A stretch of DNA of 52,355 bases from an uncultured Bacteroidales bacterium (GCA_902773225.1 CACYEC010000077.1:1-52355); one strand, 5' to 3'; positions 29,986 to 39,867 are shown, counted from the stretch's first letter. Numbers and translations: made by a program. Notes: a model not told the origin generated them from the letters alone.

Positions 29986-31374
29986 TTATTTGTTCTTTTT
30001 TTGTTTTTTAGCCTGACGTACCTGTTCTTTCAGAGATTTCTTCTGGGCTTTCACCGCATTTTTATAAGATTTCTTCTCAGCCTTCTCAGCCTCTTTGCGA
30101 GACTTCTTCTCGGCTTTCTCTTTTTGCTCATTCAATTTCTTCTCCGCTTTGGCTGTCTTTTTGTCGATTGGCTGTTCCAATAAAACCTGACGAGTCTGCA
30201 CTGCAGGCCTTACATCTGTAGCGGATACGCCTGTTGTTGATACTCTGACCGAACCGGGTTTATCATCGATATAAACCACCACAGCCACCTTCTCAGGATC
30301 AAGCGTCATCACCACTTCGGGATTCCTCTCAATTAAGATACTACCAGCAGGAACGACGTATTCTTTCATCATTTTATCCCTGATAGCACCGGCGCGCAAA
30401 AGGAACAAGGACAAATTGGATGGAACGGCATCTTTCACAGTCAAGTAAATCTTCACGCTGCTGTTGTGGGCGCGATACTGGTTCACGGCTTCATCCACAA
30501 CCTTACTGGCTTCATAATCAAGCGAAGCCGAATCGGGTGCGAAATATGCGTAGGATTGGATTCTGTTTCTATCGTCAGTAGCGACTATCGAAATATACTC
30601 ACTCTCGATTTTCCTGATCTTGGGACGCTTGTGGTGATAAGAAGTCATATACCTGCGACCTTTGAAAGTCATCAGATGGCTTCCAGTGCTGTTGCGGAAT
30701 CGATAGCCCAAGGTGGCCATGATGTTGACGTGACCATCATAACCACTTCCACGGTAACCACCGTCGAAGGTATTGCCAGAGAATGTCACAACGCCTTCCA
30801 TACCAAGGTCCACAGCCTGGCTAACCCTGAATTTCAGACCGAGACCTGTGTGAATAGAGAGATGTAGTTTATTGCTGTTGTTGTAATAAAATTGACTTAC
30901 ATTCCAAGCATAGTCATCGAAACCGAAGGTATATTCCGCACCCACACCGAGAATACCCTGTACATCAATCCATCTCTTAGGATTATAGCGGAAAAAGATG
31001 TTGGAAAGACTGAGTACAGCATCACCAGTGCCTGCCACAGATTTAAAGCCATAACTGCGCTTGGGGCCCAGCAACTGTGCTTTGTTCTGACCATACATGA
31101 ACTGAAGCCTTGGAGCAACATACGGATTGAGCCACTTACCTACCGCTACACCGCCACCAGGATTGAAGCGACGGAAGAAAGCAGCAAATCTGAGGTTGGT
31201 ACCCCAGGAAAGATAACTTCCTGCATGCAATTCAACAAAAAAATTGTCGGTGAATCTTGATTTAATTGTGACCAATCGGTCGTTGGGGTCTGCAAGCTGA
31301 TTATCTCCATCCTGTGCGAATAAAGACATAGAGCCAAGCAACAGGAAAAAGGTCAGTAAAATAGTCTTTTTCAT
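29986..31374 (-). CDS. Outer-membrane beta-barrel protein with a possible OmpA_C-like domain and a lysine-rich repetitive C-terminal tail
   Basis: Signal peptide MKKTILLTFFLLLGSMSLFAQ and beta-strand-rich N-terminal half. A segment YFAPDSASL ... NLSLFLLRAGAIRDKM loosely follows the OmpA C-domain pattern. The last ~60 aa are KKTAKAEKKLNEQKEKAEKKSRKEAEKAEKKSYKNAVKAQKKSLKEQVRQAKKQKKNK. The start overlaps the capD-like stop (ATGA) and the stop abuts the aminotransferase ATG. Confidence 0.65.
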   Translation of the reverse strand: MKKTILLTFFLLLGSMSLFAQDGDNQLADPNDRLVTIKSRFTDNFFVELHAGSYLSWGTNLRFAAFFRRFNPGGGVAVGKWLNPYVAPRLQFMYGQNKAQLLGPKRSYGFKSVAGTGDAVLSLSNIFFRYNPKRWIDVQGILGVGAEYTFGFDDYAWNVSQFYYNNSNKLHLSIHTGLGLKFRVSQAVDLGMEGVVTFSGNTFDGGYRGSGYDGHVNIMATLGYRFRNSTGSHLMTFKGRRYMTSYHHKRPKIRKIESEYISIVATDDRNRIQSYAYFAPDSASLDYEASKVVDEAVNQYRAHNSSVKIYLTVKDAVPSNLSLFLLRAGAIRDKMMKEYVVPAGSILIERNPEVVMTLDPEKVAVVVYIDDKPGSVRVSTTGVSATDVRPAVQTRQVLLEQPIDKKTAKAEKKLNEQKEKAEKKSRKEAEKAEKKSYKNAVKAQKKSLKEQVRQAKKQKKNK

Positions 31375-33314
31375 TTATTTTGTTTGTTTTTAGTTTCAGA
31401 TTCTTTAGGGCCGTCGAGTTTCTCATAGACTGAGTTCTGGCTTTTATAGTCGGGAACGATGGCCTTAATGATTTTCACTGTCTCCACTTTGTCGAAGTCC
31501 ATAGCAGTGCTGATAAGTCTGTCAACCAACTCGGACACTTTATCATACTCATAATTAATACTCTTGGCATGGAAAATCTTACTATGGTTAGTGGGAAGCG
31601 TGTTTTCTTTCTGATACAACAATTCCTCGTAGAGTTTCTCGCCTGGACGGAGACCAGTATAGACAATCTTAATGTCAATATCTGGTCTCAGACCGCTGAG
31701 TTCAATCATCTTTCGTGCAAGGTAGTCGATTTTCACCGGTTCCCCCATATCAAAAATGAATAGGTCGTTGCCAGTGCCAAGGTACACAGCCTCCAGCACA
31801 AGACGGCATGCCTCAGGAATAGACATGAAATAACGGATGATGTCCTGATGGGTGACCGTGACAGGTCCCCCCTTCTCTATCTGCTTTCGGAAGAGAGGAA
31901 TCACACTGCCATTACTGCCCAGGACATTGCCGAAACGGGTGGTGACAAAAGCGGTTTTACCTTCCACTTTGCCATCTTGCTCCGCCTTTCCTAAACTTTG
32001 GACGTAGGTTTCGGCCACACGTTTGGTGGCTCCCATGACATTGCTCGGCTTCACGGCCTTGTCGGTCGAGATCATCACAAACTTATCCACATGATACTTC
32101 AATGCCATGTCGGCCACATTCTTCGTGCCCAGCACGTTGTCAATGACCGCCTCGCAAGGATAACTCTCCATCAAAGGTACATGCTTGTAGGCCGCAGCGT
32201 GGAAGATGATGTTGGGATGGGTACGCTTAATCACCGTCTCCACACGTTCTCGGTTGCGGACATCTGCGATGACAGAAAAGACATTCTTCGCATTCAGGTC
32301 GCAACGAAGTTCCATGTCGATATTGTAAACGCCAGTTTCCGAGAAATCCACCACCACCAACTGCTTGATGTCGAAGTGAATCAACTGACGGCACAACTCA
32401 CTGCCAATACTTCCTGCGGCACCAGTGACCATCACAATCTTGTCATGAAGAACACGGTGGATTTCATCAAGGTCTATTTTGATTTCATCACGTCCCAAAA
32501 GGTCCTCAATTTGTATGGAACGCAACTGAAACTCTGTGTGCTCGCCAGTCATTTCTGAGGCAGGCACAATGCGCATACTCAACTTGTTTTCCAAGCCATA
32601 GTTCAACAAGTCGTCGTTCTTCTTCAGGTCATCGCTGTTGGCGAACATCATGCAGTCGATGCTCAGACTACGGACCAACTTGTCGATGCTCTCGATGTCG
32701 GCACCATAATAGATGGGAGTATCGTAAATGCGGTAACGGTTGCGCTTTGGGTGACGACTGATGAAACCAAGCATACGATATTTGCCATTCACTCCCCTCA
32801 GGAAACTTGCTATCTTCAAGGAGTCCTCGCCAGTGCCATATACAAGAGTGTTGAGCACCGCCTTCTCTGTGTGTTGTAGCACATAGTGGTAAAAACTCTG
32901 GACCATAATGCGCCAGAGGATAAGTAGAACCACGGAGATGAAGAAATCGCCAATGATGATGGAATAGACATGAAACGAAATCTGCGAGAATCCGAAAAAG
33001 CCAAAGGATGAGAAAAGGAGCAACGTCAGAGACTTGAAAAACATAGCCTTGACAATACGGAACATCTCAACTGTGGTCGTATGGCGAATCACTCCATCAT
33101 GAACCCTGAAAATCACAGTCCATACACCAGTGGCGATGGCTCCCACGAGCAGCAACTGCCATATCAGACCTATGGCCAAGGTCACATTAAGCAGATAATT
33201 GATAAACAGAAAACTGAGCAGAAGAGACGACAAAGAGATAATCATGTCGAATCCCCAGACGATATATCTGTTGAGTATTTTGAATTTACTGAATTTCAGA
33301 ATGGTAGCGTTCAT
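31371..33314 (-). CDS. Membrane-bound nucleotide-sugar 4,6-dehydratase/epimerase (CapD/WbpM/PglF family)
   Basis: Four N-terminal TM helices, Rossmann motif VTGAAGSIGSEL, catalytic YxxxK (AAAYKHVP). First gene of the locus. Confidence 0.9.
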   Translation of the reverse strand: MNATILKFSKFKILNRYIVWGFDMIISLSSLLLSFLFINYLLNVTLAIGLIWQLLLVGAIATGVWTVIFRVHDGVIRHTTTVEMFRIVKAMFFKSLTLLLFSSFGFFGFSQISFHVYSIIIGDFFISVVLLILWRIMVQSFYHYVLQHTEKAVLNTLVYGTGEDSLKIASFLRGVNGKYRMLGFISRHPKRNRYRIYDTPIYYGADIESIDKLVRSLSIDCMMFANSDDLKKNDDLLNYGLENKLSMRIVPASEMTGEHTEFQLRSIQIEDLLGRDEIKIDLDEIHRVLHDKIVMVTGAAGSIGSELCRQLIHFDIKQLVVVDFSETGVYNIDMELRCDLNAKNVFSVIADVRNRERVETVIKRTHPNIIFHAAAYKHVPLMESYPCEAVIDNVLGTKNVADMALKYHVDKFVMISTDKAVKPSNVMGATKRVAETYVQSLGKAEQDGKVEGKTAFVTTRFGNVLGSNGSVIPLFRKQIEKGGPVTVTHQDIIRYFMSIPEACRLVLEAVYLGTGNDLFIFDMGEPVKIDYLARKMIELSGLRPDIDIKIVYTGLRPGEKLYEELLYQKENTLPTNHSKIFHAKSINYEYDKVSELVDRLISTAMDFDKVETVKIIKAIVPDYKSQNSVYEKLDGPKESETKNKQNK

Positions 33315-33510
33315 AAAAACCGCTTCTAATCGTTACAGTGCATACTCTTGGTTCATCCAAAGTCTGAAAAACAGCCGTTGAACTTATTGATATACACACA
33401 ATTACAACAACAAACACCTAAAACGCCACTTAATAAAGCCCTTTCAACAGGATGAATAGGCGATGTAAAGAGGTTACGATGCCGTTGTCTCCAGATTTTT
33501 TTCACAACTG

Positions 33511-33518
33511 CAAAGTTA
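33511..33518 (-). promoter_or_regulatory. Putative -7 promoter box for the polysaccharide locus
   Basis: The plus strand reads CAAAGTTA, which is TAACTTTG on the minus strand (TAnnTTTG). It lies about 195 nt upstream of the capD-like start. No clean -33 element was seen. Confidence 0.35.
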
Positions 33519-33663
33519 GACATTTTTACCATCTTAAAAAAATTTCTTTTGTCCTTTTCTACCAAATCTGCCAAAAACGTTGTTTTTTTCTCCAAAATGT
33601 CACAAAACGGCCCCAAACTAATTAAAATAACTCTGCCAAGAAACAATTCCACGTTTTTTTTAT

Positions 33664-33671
33664 TAACTTTG
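33664..33671 (+). promoter_or_regulatory. Putative -7 promoter box for trmD
   Basis: TAACTTTG (TAnnTTTG) about 137 nt upstream of the trmD GTG, divergent from the locus promoter. Confidence 0.35.
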
Positions 33672-33807
33672 CATTCGGCACTCGGTAAAGCGACTTTTCG
33701 CCTTCCAAAAGAAGAGCCTAACAAACCCATAAAACCCAAGACTCCTTTGTACTCATCAGACCGAAAGAGTCCATAGAACCCACCAACCCTATAAAACCCA
33801 TAAAAAA

Positions 33808-34485
33808 GTGAGAATCGACATACTGACCGTGATTCCGGAACTTATCGAGGGATTCATGAACGAAAGCATCATCGGAAGGGCACAGAAGAAAGGCATTGCG
33901 GAAATACACATCCACAACCTCCGAGACTACAGCACCGACCGCCACCGAAAGGTTGATGACTACCCCTTCGGTGGATTTGCCGGCATGGTGATGAAATGCC
34001 AGCCTATCGATGACTGCATTTCCGCATTGAAAGCAGAGCGTGACTACGACGAGATTATCTTCACCACCCCCGACGGTGAGCAGTTCGACCAACCCATGGC
34101 CAACGACCTGTCGCTGAAGAAGAACATCATCATCCTCTGCGGACACTACAAGGGCGTTGATTACCGCATCAGAGAACACCTCATCACAAAAGAAGTGAGC
34201 ATCGGCGACTTCGTACTTACAGGAGGAGAACTCGCCGCGGCTTGCATGACCGACGCCATCGTTCGCGTGCTCCCCGGAGCCATCGGTGATGAACAAAGCG
34301 CCCTCTCCGACTCTTTTCAGGACAATTTACTCGCCGCACCCGTCTATACCCGACCCGCCGATTACAAAGGATGGCAAGTGCCAGAGATACTCCTTTCCGG
34401 ACATGAGGCAAAAATCAAGGATTGGGAACTTCAACAGGCACTTGAACGCACCCAAAGACTCCGGCCCGACCTTCTCAAGAAATAA
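33808..34485 (+). CDS. trmD: tRNA (guanine37-N1)-methyltransferase
   Basis: GTG start. [37 protein letters not shown] and [11 protein letters not shown] are classic TrmD blocks. Confidence 0.95.
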   Translation: MRIDILTVIPELIEGFMNESIIGRAQKKGIAEIHIHNLRDYSTDRHRKVDDYPFGGFAGMVMKCQPIDDCISALKAERDYDEIIFTTPDGEQFDQPMANDLSLKKNIIILCGHYKGVDYRIREHLITKEVSIGDFVLTGGELAAACMTDAIVRVLPGAIGDEQSALSDSFQDNLLAAPVYTRPADYKGWQVPEILLSGHEAKIKDWELQQALERTQRLRPDLLKK

Positions 34486-34626
34486 GGCCCCAGTGATAAA
34501 TTCCATCTTTTCATCAAAACCAACAACCCCATCATTTCCTTGAACCCATCAAACCCATCATACCCTGTACCTCCATAATATACCATAACTAAATAACAGA
34601 TATAATCATCATAAAACCCATAAAAC

Positions 34627-36156
34627 ATGAAAAAGAAGATTTTACCTGTCCTTTTAGGGCTGACAGTCTTGATTGCAGGCATCCTTGTGGCTGTTTTCCT
34701 GTTCAAATCAAGCAATGACAACTACCTCAATGCCATACCCGCCGACGCAAAGTTGGTAACCGGTATCGATGTCGCCAACCTCTTTGACAAAAGCGGTATC
34801 GACGACATGAATCTGACCGACAAACTCAAAAATGCCCTTGGCGGTTCGGTTTCTGAAGAGGAACTGAACGATGCGACCGATTACCTCGACTCTCCCCAAA
34901 AAATAGGCATCGACTTCCGTAGCAAAGTCTATCTATTCTCCACCCCCGACAATTCCTTCTGCCTGGTGGCCAAGGTGGCCGACAAAGACAAAGTCAATGA
35001 ATTCATGACCAAGATGGCGAAAAACGGTGTCAGTGAGAAGCCCACTGAAAAAGATGGTATCTATTGGACAAAACTCTTCGGAGAACTTCCTACAGCCTTC
35101 AACTCCCAGACGCTTTTGGTCATGATGCCAACCGACGGTTTCTACAACCCAAACGACGCCATCACCAAGATGCTCCAGCAGGACAAGAAAGACAGTTACA
35201 TTTCCACTGACCAAGGAGAGAAACTCATCAAGACAGAAGGCGACATCACCATGTCGACATCCCTGTCTGCACTGCCACAAAACATTCTCGGTGCCTATGC
35301 TCAAATTATTCCCCAAGAGGTACGCCTTTCCGAAGTCGATGTCAATGCTTCGCTCGAATTCCTCAATGGCAAATTGGTATTGAAATCAGGTCTTTCAACT
35401 CAGAACAAAAAACTTAAAGCATTGCTTGAACAAATCAACGCAAACACAAAGAAAATAAAAGGATTATACGTTAAAAAATCCCAAGAAAATGTTGTTTTCT
35501 GGTCCAGTGCTGGAGTCAATGGTGAATGGTTGCTCGAAGAGATGAAAAAGAATGATGACCTGAAGCAAATACTCTTCATGGTTGAACGCGCCATCGACAT
35601 CGAAAAGATGATCAAAAGCATCGACGGCGACCTCATGGCGTCCATTCCCGACATCAATTCAAGCACTTTCGATATACCATACATTGTGGCCGCCCAAACC
35701 AAGAACCAAGACTTCCTCAACGATGTAGATTACTGGATTTCATCCATGCGCGAGTCAGGGCTGAGCATGACACCTTCCGGCGACAACATGTACAAACTTA
35801 CTGCTGACGACCAGACCTTCTATTGGGGTACACGACCAGACGAGCTCTATATCACCTCCACGCCTTCACTCGTTCAATCCACGCTATCAGGGACAGGAGC
35901 AAGCAAGCTCAAGGATATGGAGGACGAGATATGCGACTCACGTCTCTTCGTCTATATCAACCTCCAGCAACTGGCCAACGCAAGTCAAGAAACAGCCGGC
36001 ATCCCCTACTACTTTACACTTGCGCAAGCTTTCGAAGGCATCACATTCAAATTGACAGAGGCCGAGAACATGGAAGTGGCTGTCCAAATGACTAACAAGG
36101 ATGTCAACGTGCTGAAATTCATCATAGACAATCTGGTAGATAGTTTCCTGCAATAG
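34627..36156 (+). CDS. Membrane-anchored or exported protein of unknown function (possibly DUF4836-like)
   Basis: N-terminal anchor MKKKILPVLLGLTVLIAGILVAVFLF followed by a 480-aa soluble region without recognisable catalytic motifs. The family guess is from memory. Confidence 0.5.
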   Translation: MKKKILPVLLGLTVLIAGILVAVFLFKSSNDNYLNAIPADAKLVTGIDVANLFDKSGIDDMNLTDKLKNALGGSVSEEELNDATDYLDSPQKIGIDFRSKVYLFSTPDNSFCLVAKVADKDKVNEFMTKMAKNGVSEKPTEKDGIYWTKLFGELPTAFNSQTLLVMMPTDGFYNPNDAITKMLQQDKKDSYISTDQGEKLIKTEGDITMSTSLSALPQNILGAYAQIIPQEVRLSEVDVNASLEFLNGKLVLKSGLSTQNKKLKALLEQINANTKKIKGLYVKKSQENVVFWSSAGVNGEWLLEEMKKNDDLKQILFMVERAIDIEKMIKSIDGDLMASIPDINSSTFDIPYIVAAQTKNQDFLNDVDYWISSMRESGLSMTPSGDNMYKLTADDQTFYWGTRPDELYITSTPSLVQSTLSGTGASKLKDMEDEICDSRLFVYINLQQLANASQETAGIPYYFTLAQAFEGITFKLTEAENMEVAVQMTNKDVNVLKFIIDNLVDSFLQ

Positions 36157-36227
36157 ACAGCAATTAGTGCAAAGTGGCACATAGACATTAGTACATAACC
36201 ACAAAGACATTAGTACATAGGCACAAA

Positions 36228-36872
36228 ATGAACACAATCCGACTGAAATCGACTTTGCCCAACGTCTTCCTCAACCGCGATGACATCGTCAGCGACATCT
36301 GGCGCCAAGACGTCACCCTTGAAAAAGGCAAACTCTATCTGATAGAAGCCAACTCTGGGACAGGCAAGTCGTCCATCTGCAGTTTCATCTTCGGTTACAG
36401 AAACGACTACAGAGGTGAGATACTTTTCGACGACAAGAACATAGCCCAACTGCGCCGCAAAGACTGGACCAAGATACGTCGTAAGCACATTGCACTTCTG
36501 TGGCAAGAACTGAGGCTCTTTCCCGAACTCACCGCGATGGAGAACGTACTGATCAAGAACAAACTGACGGGTTACCAGAAGAAAAAGACCATCGTGCAAT
36601 GGTTCGACATGCTCGGTATCAGCGACAAGGCCGACACGCCCCTGCAACTCATGTCGTTCGGACAGCAACAGCGAGTGGCGCTCATCAGGACTCTGTGCCA
36701 GCCCTTCGACTTCATCTTCGTCGATGAGCCCATCAGTCACCTTGATGACGCGAATGCTTCGATTATGGGCAACCTGCTCACCGACGAAGCCAAAAGGCAA
36801 GGTGCCGGGGTGGTCACCACAAGTATCGGAAAACATATCGAACTCGACTATAATCAGATATTCAAACTATGA
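36228..36872 (+). CDS. ABC transporter ATP-binding protein (LolD/FtsE-like)
   Basis: Walker A EANSGTGKSS, signature-like MSFGQQQRVALIRTL, Walker B FIFVDEPISHLD. Confidence 0.85.
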   Translation: MNTIRLKSTLPNVFLNRDDIVSDIWRQDVTLEKGKLYLIEANSGTGKSSICSFIFGYRNDYRGEILFDDKNIAQLRRKDWTKIRRKHIALLWQELRLFPELTAMENVLIKNKLTGYQKKKTIVQWFDMLGISDKADTPLQLMSFGQQQRVALIRTLCQPFDFIFVDEPISHLDDANASIMGNLLTDEAKRQGAGVVTTSIGKHIELDYNQIFKL

Positions 36873-38068
36873 AACTGGTATGGAAACTTCTGCGGCAGCA
36901 CATCAGCATACCGCAGTTTGCAGGATTTTTCTTCGCCAACCTTGTAGGTATGCTCATCATCCTGCTGGGCGTACAGTTCTACAACGACATACAGACCGTC
37001 TATGACAGCGAGGACAGCCTGATGAAGTCGGACTACATGATCCTCAACAAGAAGGTCGGCACACTTGGCAGTATCATTGGCAAGTCTGGCGCTTTCAGCG
37101 AGGATGAGATCAAGGACATCAAACGTCAGGACTTCTCCAAGCGTGTGGGGATGTTCACCCCTTCCAACTATAATGTCAGGGCCAGTTTCGATATTGAGGG
37201 ATTCTCCAAATTCTCCACCGAGATGTTCTTCGAGTCAGTGCCAGATGAGTTCGTCGATGTCAAGTCGGAACAATGGGGTTACAGGGAAGGCGACACCACC
37301 ATCCCCATTGTGCTTCCCAAGAACTATCTTGACCTCTATAACTTCGGATTCGCACAGAGCCGAAGCCTGCCCAAACTATCGGCGGGCATACTCGGTGCCA
37401 TCAAACTGCGGATTCAGATTGCCGGCAATGGTCATGCGGACAACTTCGACGGACGAATCGTAGGGTTCAGTTCAAGGCTCAACACCATCCTTGTTCCACA
37501 GGACTTCATGCTTTGGGCCAACAAAACCTACGCAAGTGGAGACCAGAAAGACGCCCAGCGCATCATCATGGAGGTTGATAACCCCACCGACGAGGACATC
37601 ACCGCATACATCCGCGACCACAACTACGAGACTGACACCGAAAAGCTGCAGGCCAGCAAGACCAACTACGTGCTGAAAATCATCATCGGCATCGTCATGT
37701 CCGTTGGACTCCTCATCAGCATTCTCTCCTTCTACATCCTCATGCTCAGCGTCTATCTGCTGGTGCAGAAGAACACCACCAAACTGCAGAACCTGCTCTT
37801 GCTGGGCTACTCCCCAGGCAAGGTCTCCCTGCCCTATCAACTGCTCACAGTGGGTCTCAACGTCCTCGTGTTCGCACTGGCATGGGTGTTGCTGATTGTC
37901 GTCCGAAAGGTGTATCTCAATATGCTCGAGTCTTTCTTCCCCAATATGCAACGGCCTTCTATGATTATAGCACTCTGCGTAGGTATCGCCCTGCTCGTTG
38001 TGGTTTCCATCATCAATGTTGTGGCAGTCAGGTCGAAAATCATGGGTATCTGGCGACAAAAGGAGTAG
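36869..38068 (+). CDS. ABC transporter permease, FtsX-like
   Basis: N-terminal TM, a large extracytoplasmic loop, and three C-terminal TM helices (IIIGIVMSVGLLISILSFYILML, LLTVGLNVLVFALAWVLLIVV, MIIALCVGIALLVVVSIINVV). ATGA overlap with the ATPase stop. Confidence 0.75.
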   Translation: MKLVWKLLRQHISIPQFAGFFFANLVGMLIILLGVQFYNDIQTVYDSEDSLMKSDYMILNKKVGTLGSIIGKSGAFSEDEIKDIKRQDFSKRVGMFTPSNYNVRASFDIEGFSKFSTEMFFESVPDEFVDVKSEQWGYREGDTTIPIVLPKNYLDLYNFGFAQSRSLPKLSAGILGAIKLRIQIAGNGHADNFDGRIVGFSSRLNTILVPQDFMLWANKTYASGDQKDAQRIIMEVDNPTDEDITAYIRDHNYETDTEKLQASKTNYVLKIIIGIVMSVGLLISILSFYILMLSVYLLVQKNTTKLQNLLLLGYSPGKVSLPYQLLTVGLNVLVFALAWVLLIVVRKVYLNMLESFFPNMQRPSMIIALCVGIALLVVVSIINVVAVRSKIMGIWRQKE

Positions 38069-38136
38069 AGTTAGTAGTTTTTAGTTGATAGTTTTTTAGT
38101 TGTTACTTAGTTTTTTAAGTAAAGGTCAAGTATTCA

Positions 38137-39711
38137 TTGCCTCAAAAGCGTAATAGACAACGACACAATATGCCCCAATCACTTATAACCCTTTACCGCA
38201 ACACCTTTGGCCAAGAACCGTCCATCGAGCCGTTGAGTTCCGCTGGCAGCAACCGTCGCTACTATCGTCTCACGGCACCTGATGGCCAGACTTTGATTGG
38301 CGTGGAAGGAACCAACGAGGAAGAAAACCGCGCCTTCGTGGAAATCGCAAGATGCTTCGCCAGCCACGACCTACCCACCCCCCGTGTTCTGGCTGTTGAT
38401 GAGGCCAATCTGGTTTATATCCAAGAGGATTTGGGCAACCTGTCGCTGTTCGATGCCATCAGTCACGGGCGCAGTAACCACGGCGACTACAACGAAGAAG
38501 AAGAACGGCTTCTCCACGCTACCATCCGCCAACTGCCACGATTGCAGTTCGAGGGAGTGAAGGGTCTCGACACCAGTGTTTTGTTTCCTTCCCAGCGGAT
38601 GGACGCTCAGAGTTGTATGTTCGACCTCAACTACTTCAAGTACATGTTCCTGAAACTCGTCGGGGTGGAGTTCAATGAGTTCAAACTGCAAACGGATTTC
38701 GACCGTCTTGCCCAGTCACTCTCCAATACAGAGCCACAAGCTTTTCTCTACCGCGACTTCCAAGCGCGCAACGTGATGCTCCGAGATGGCACAAGGCCTT
38801 ACTTCATCGACTTCCAGGGAGGTCGTTTGGGTCCGATTTACTACGATTTGGCCTCTTTTCTGTGGCAAGCCTCCGCACACTACTCCGACGCACTTCGCCA
38901 GCGTCTGGTGGCCTCCTACAAGACAGCCTTGTTGCCCTACGTCACCATCGATGACAGCACCTTCACATCCAAACTGATGGAGTTCGTCATGTTCCGCATG
39001 CTTCAAGTGCTGGGTGCCTACGGTTACCGCGGGCTATGGGAAAAGAAATTATACTTCATACGCAATATCCCTTCGGCCATCTCCACGCTGAAACAACTGA
39101 CCGCCGATGGTTGGTGCGACAATTATCCCCACCTGAAAGCCATCGTAGGCAACATCGTTCAATCCGACGAAGTGTTCCGCATCATGAAGGAATGTGAACA
39201 GACGGCTTCCATCAACAGTGATTTGCACCGACAACCCCTCGGCAACCACGTTGCAGAACTATTGGAACAAGATGTCAACTACACGCAATCCGACAAGGAA
39301 CCGTTAGTCATCGATGTGATGAGTTTCTCCTTCAAGAAAGGTCTTCCCGAAGACCCGTCAGGCAATGGTGGCGGTTATATATTCGACTGTCGCAGCACCC
39401 ACAACCCAGGCCGTTATCAGGAATACAAACAACTCACTGGACTCGACCAGCCCGTCATCGACTTCTTAGAACAAGACGGTGAACTCATCGATTTTCTCAA
39501 GAGCGTCTATCGTCTGGCAGACTTCCATGTAGAGCGTTTCATGGAACGCGGATTCACTCATCTCATGTTCTCCTTTGGTTGCACTGGCGGTCAGCATCGC
39601 AGTGTCTATTCCGCCCAACATCTGGCAGAGCACCTCCATAGAAAATACGGCATCGAGGTCAGAGTCAATCACCGCGAACAGCATATCTTCCAAGTGCTGA
39701 AAGCCCAATAA
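38137..39711 (+). CDS. Fusion protein: APH-fold sugar/anomeric kinase (AmgK-like) N-terminal domain plus a RapZ C-terminal-like domain. The likely true start is the ATG at 38170.
   Basis: N-terminal half: GSNRRYYRL, LYRDFQARNVM, FIDFQGG (Brenner/APH-type kinase motifs). C-terminal about 135 aa: MSFSFKKGLP, FDCRSTHNPGRY, LTGLDQPVIDFL, FGCTGGQHRSVY. These align motif for motif with E. coli RapZ SFGFKHGIP, FDVRFLPNP, TGLDKPVAAFL, GCTGGKHRSVY. Confidence 0.8.
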   Translation: MPQKRNRQRHNMPQSLITLYRNTFGQEPSIEPLSSAGSNRRYYRLTAPDGQTLIGVEGTNEEENRAFVEIARCFASHDLPTPRVLAVDEANLVYIQEDLGNLSLFDAISHGRSNHGDYNEEEERLLHATIRQLPRLQFEGVKGLDTSVLFPSQRMDAQSCMFDLNYFKYMFLKLVGVEFNEFKLQTDFDRLAQSLSNTEPQAFLYRDFQARNVMLRDGTRPYFIDFQGGRLGPIYYDLASFLWQASAHYSDALRQRLVASYKTALLPYVTIDDSTFTSKLMEFVMFRMLQVLGAYGYRGLWEKKLYFIRNIPSAISTLKQLTADGWCDNYPHLKAIVGNIVQSDEVFRIMKECEQTASINSDLHRQPLGNHVAELLEQDVNYTQSDKEPLVIDVMSFSFKKGLPEDPSGNGGGYIFDCRSTHNPGRYQEYKQLTGLDQPVIDFLEQDGELIDFLKSVYRLADFHVERFMERGFTHLMFSFGCTGGQHRSVYSAQHLAEHLHRKYGIEVRVNHREQHIFQVLKAQ

Positions 39712-39718
39712 CCAAATG

Positions 39719-39743
39719 CCGGAAAGCCAGAATTTCGGTTTTT
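39719..39743 (+). terminator. Putative rho-independent terminator
   Basis: CCGGAA-(loop)-TTTCGG stem (6 bp including one G.T pair) followed by TTTTT, 8 nt after the stop codon. Confidence 0.45.
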
Positions 39744-39867
39744 CGAAACAGGGATATAAAGATATCACACCATGCCGTCACGGCATAAGAATAATTCATA
39801 AATCACAATTAATAACTTCATATATTCCAAAGAATTACAACATTTTATTAAAGCAACACTTCAACCA

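Noticed and set aside
33353-33739. 128-aa minus-strand ORF in the capD/trmD divergent intergenic region, considered as a possible UpxY/UpxZ-like regulator
   Set aside because: There is no NusG/KOW-like sequence. The ORF spans both candidate promoters and runs through A/T homopolymer tracts. Its composition looks non-coding.
18805-38059. Other long antisense ORFs (18805-19374, 28978-29634, 31998-32558, 33718-34296, 36210-36836, 37472-38059)
   Set aside because: Each is fully embedded opposite a gene with clear family motifs (GT4, DegT, CapD, TrmD, ABC ATPase, FtsX). Their translations are low-complexity and show no motifs.
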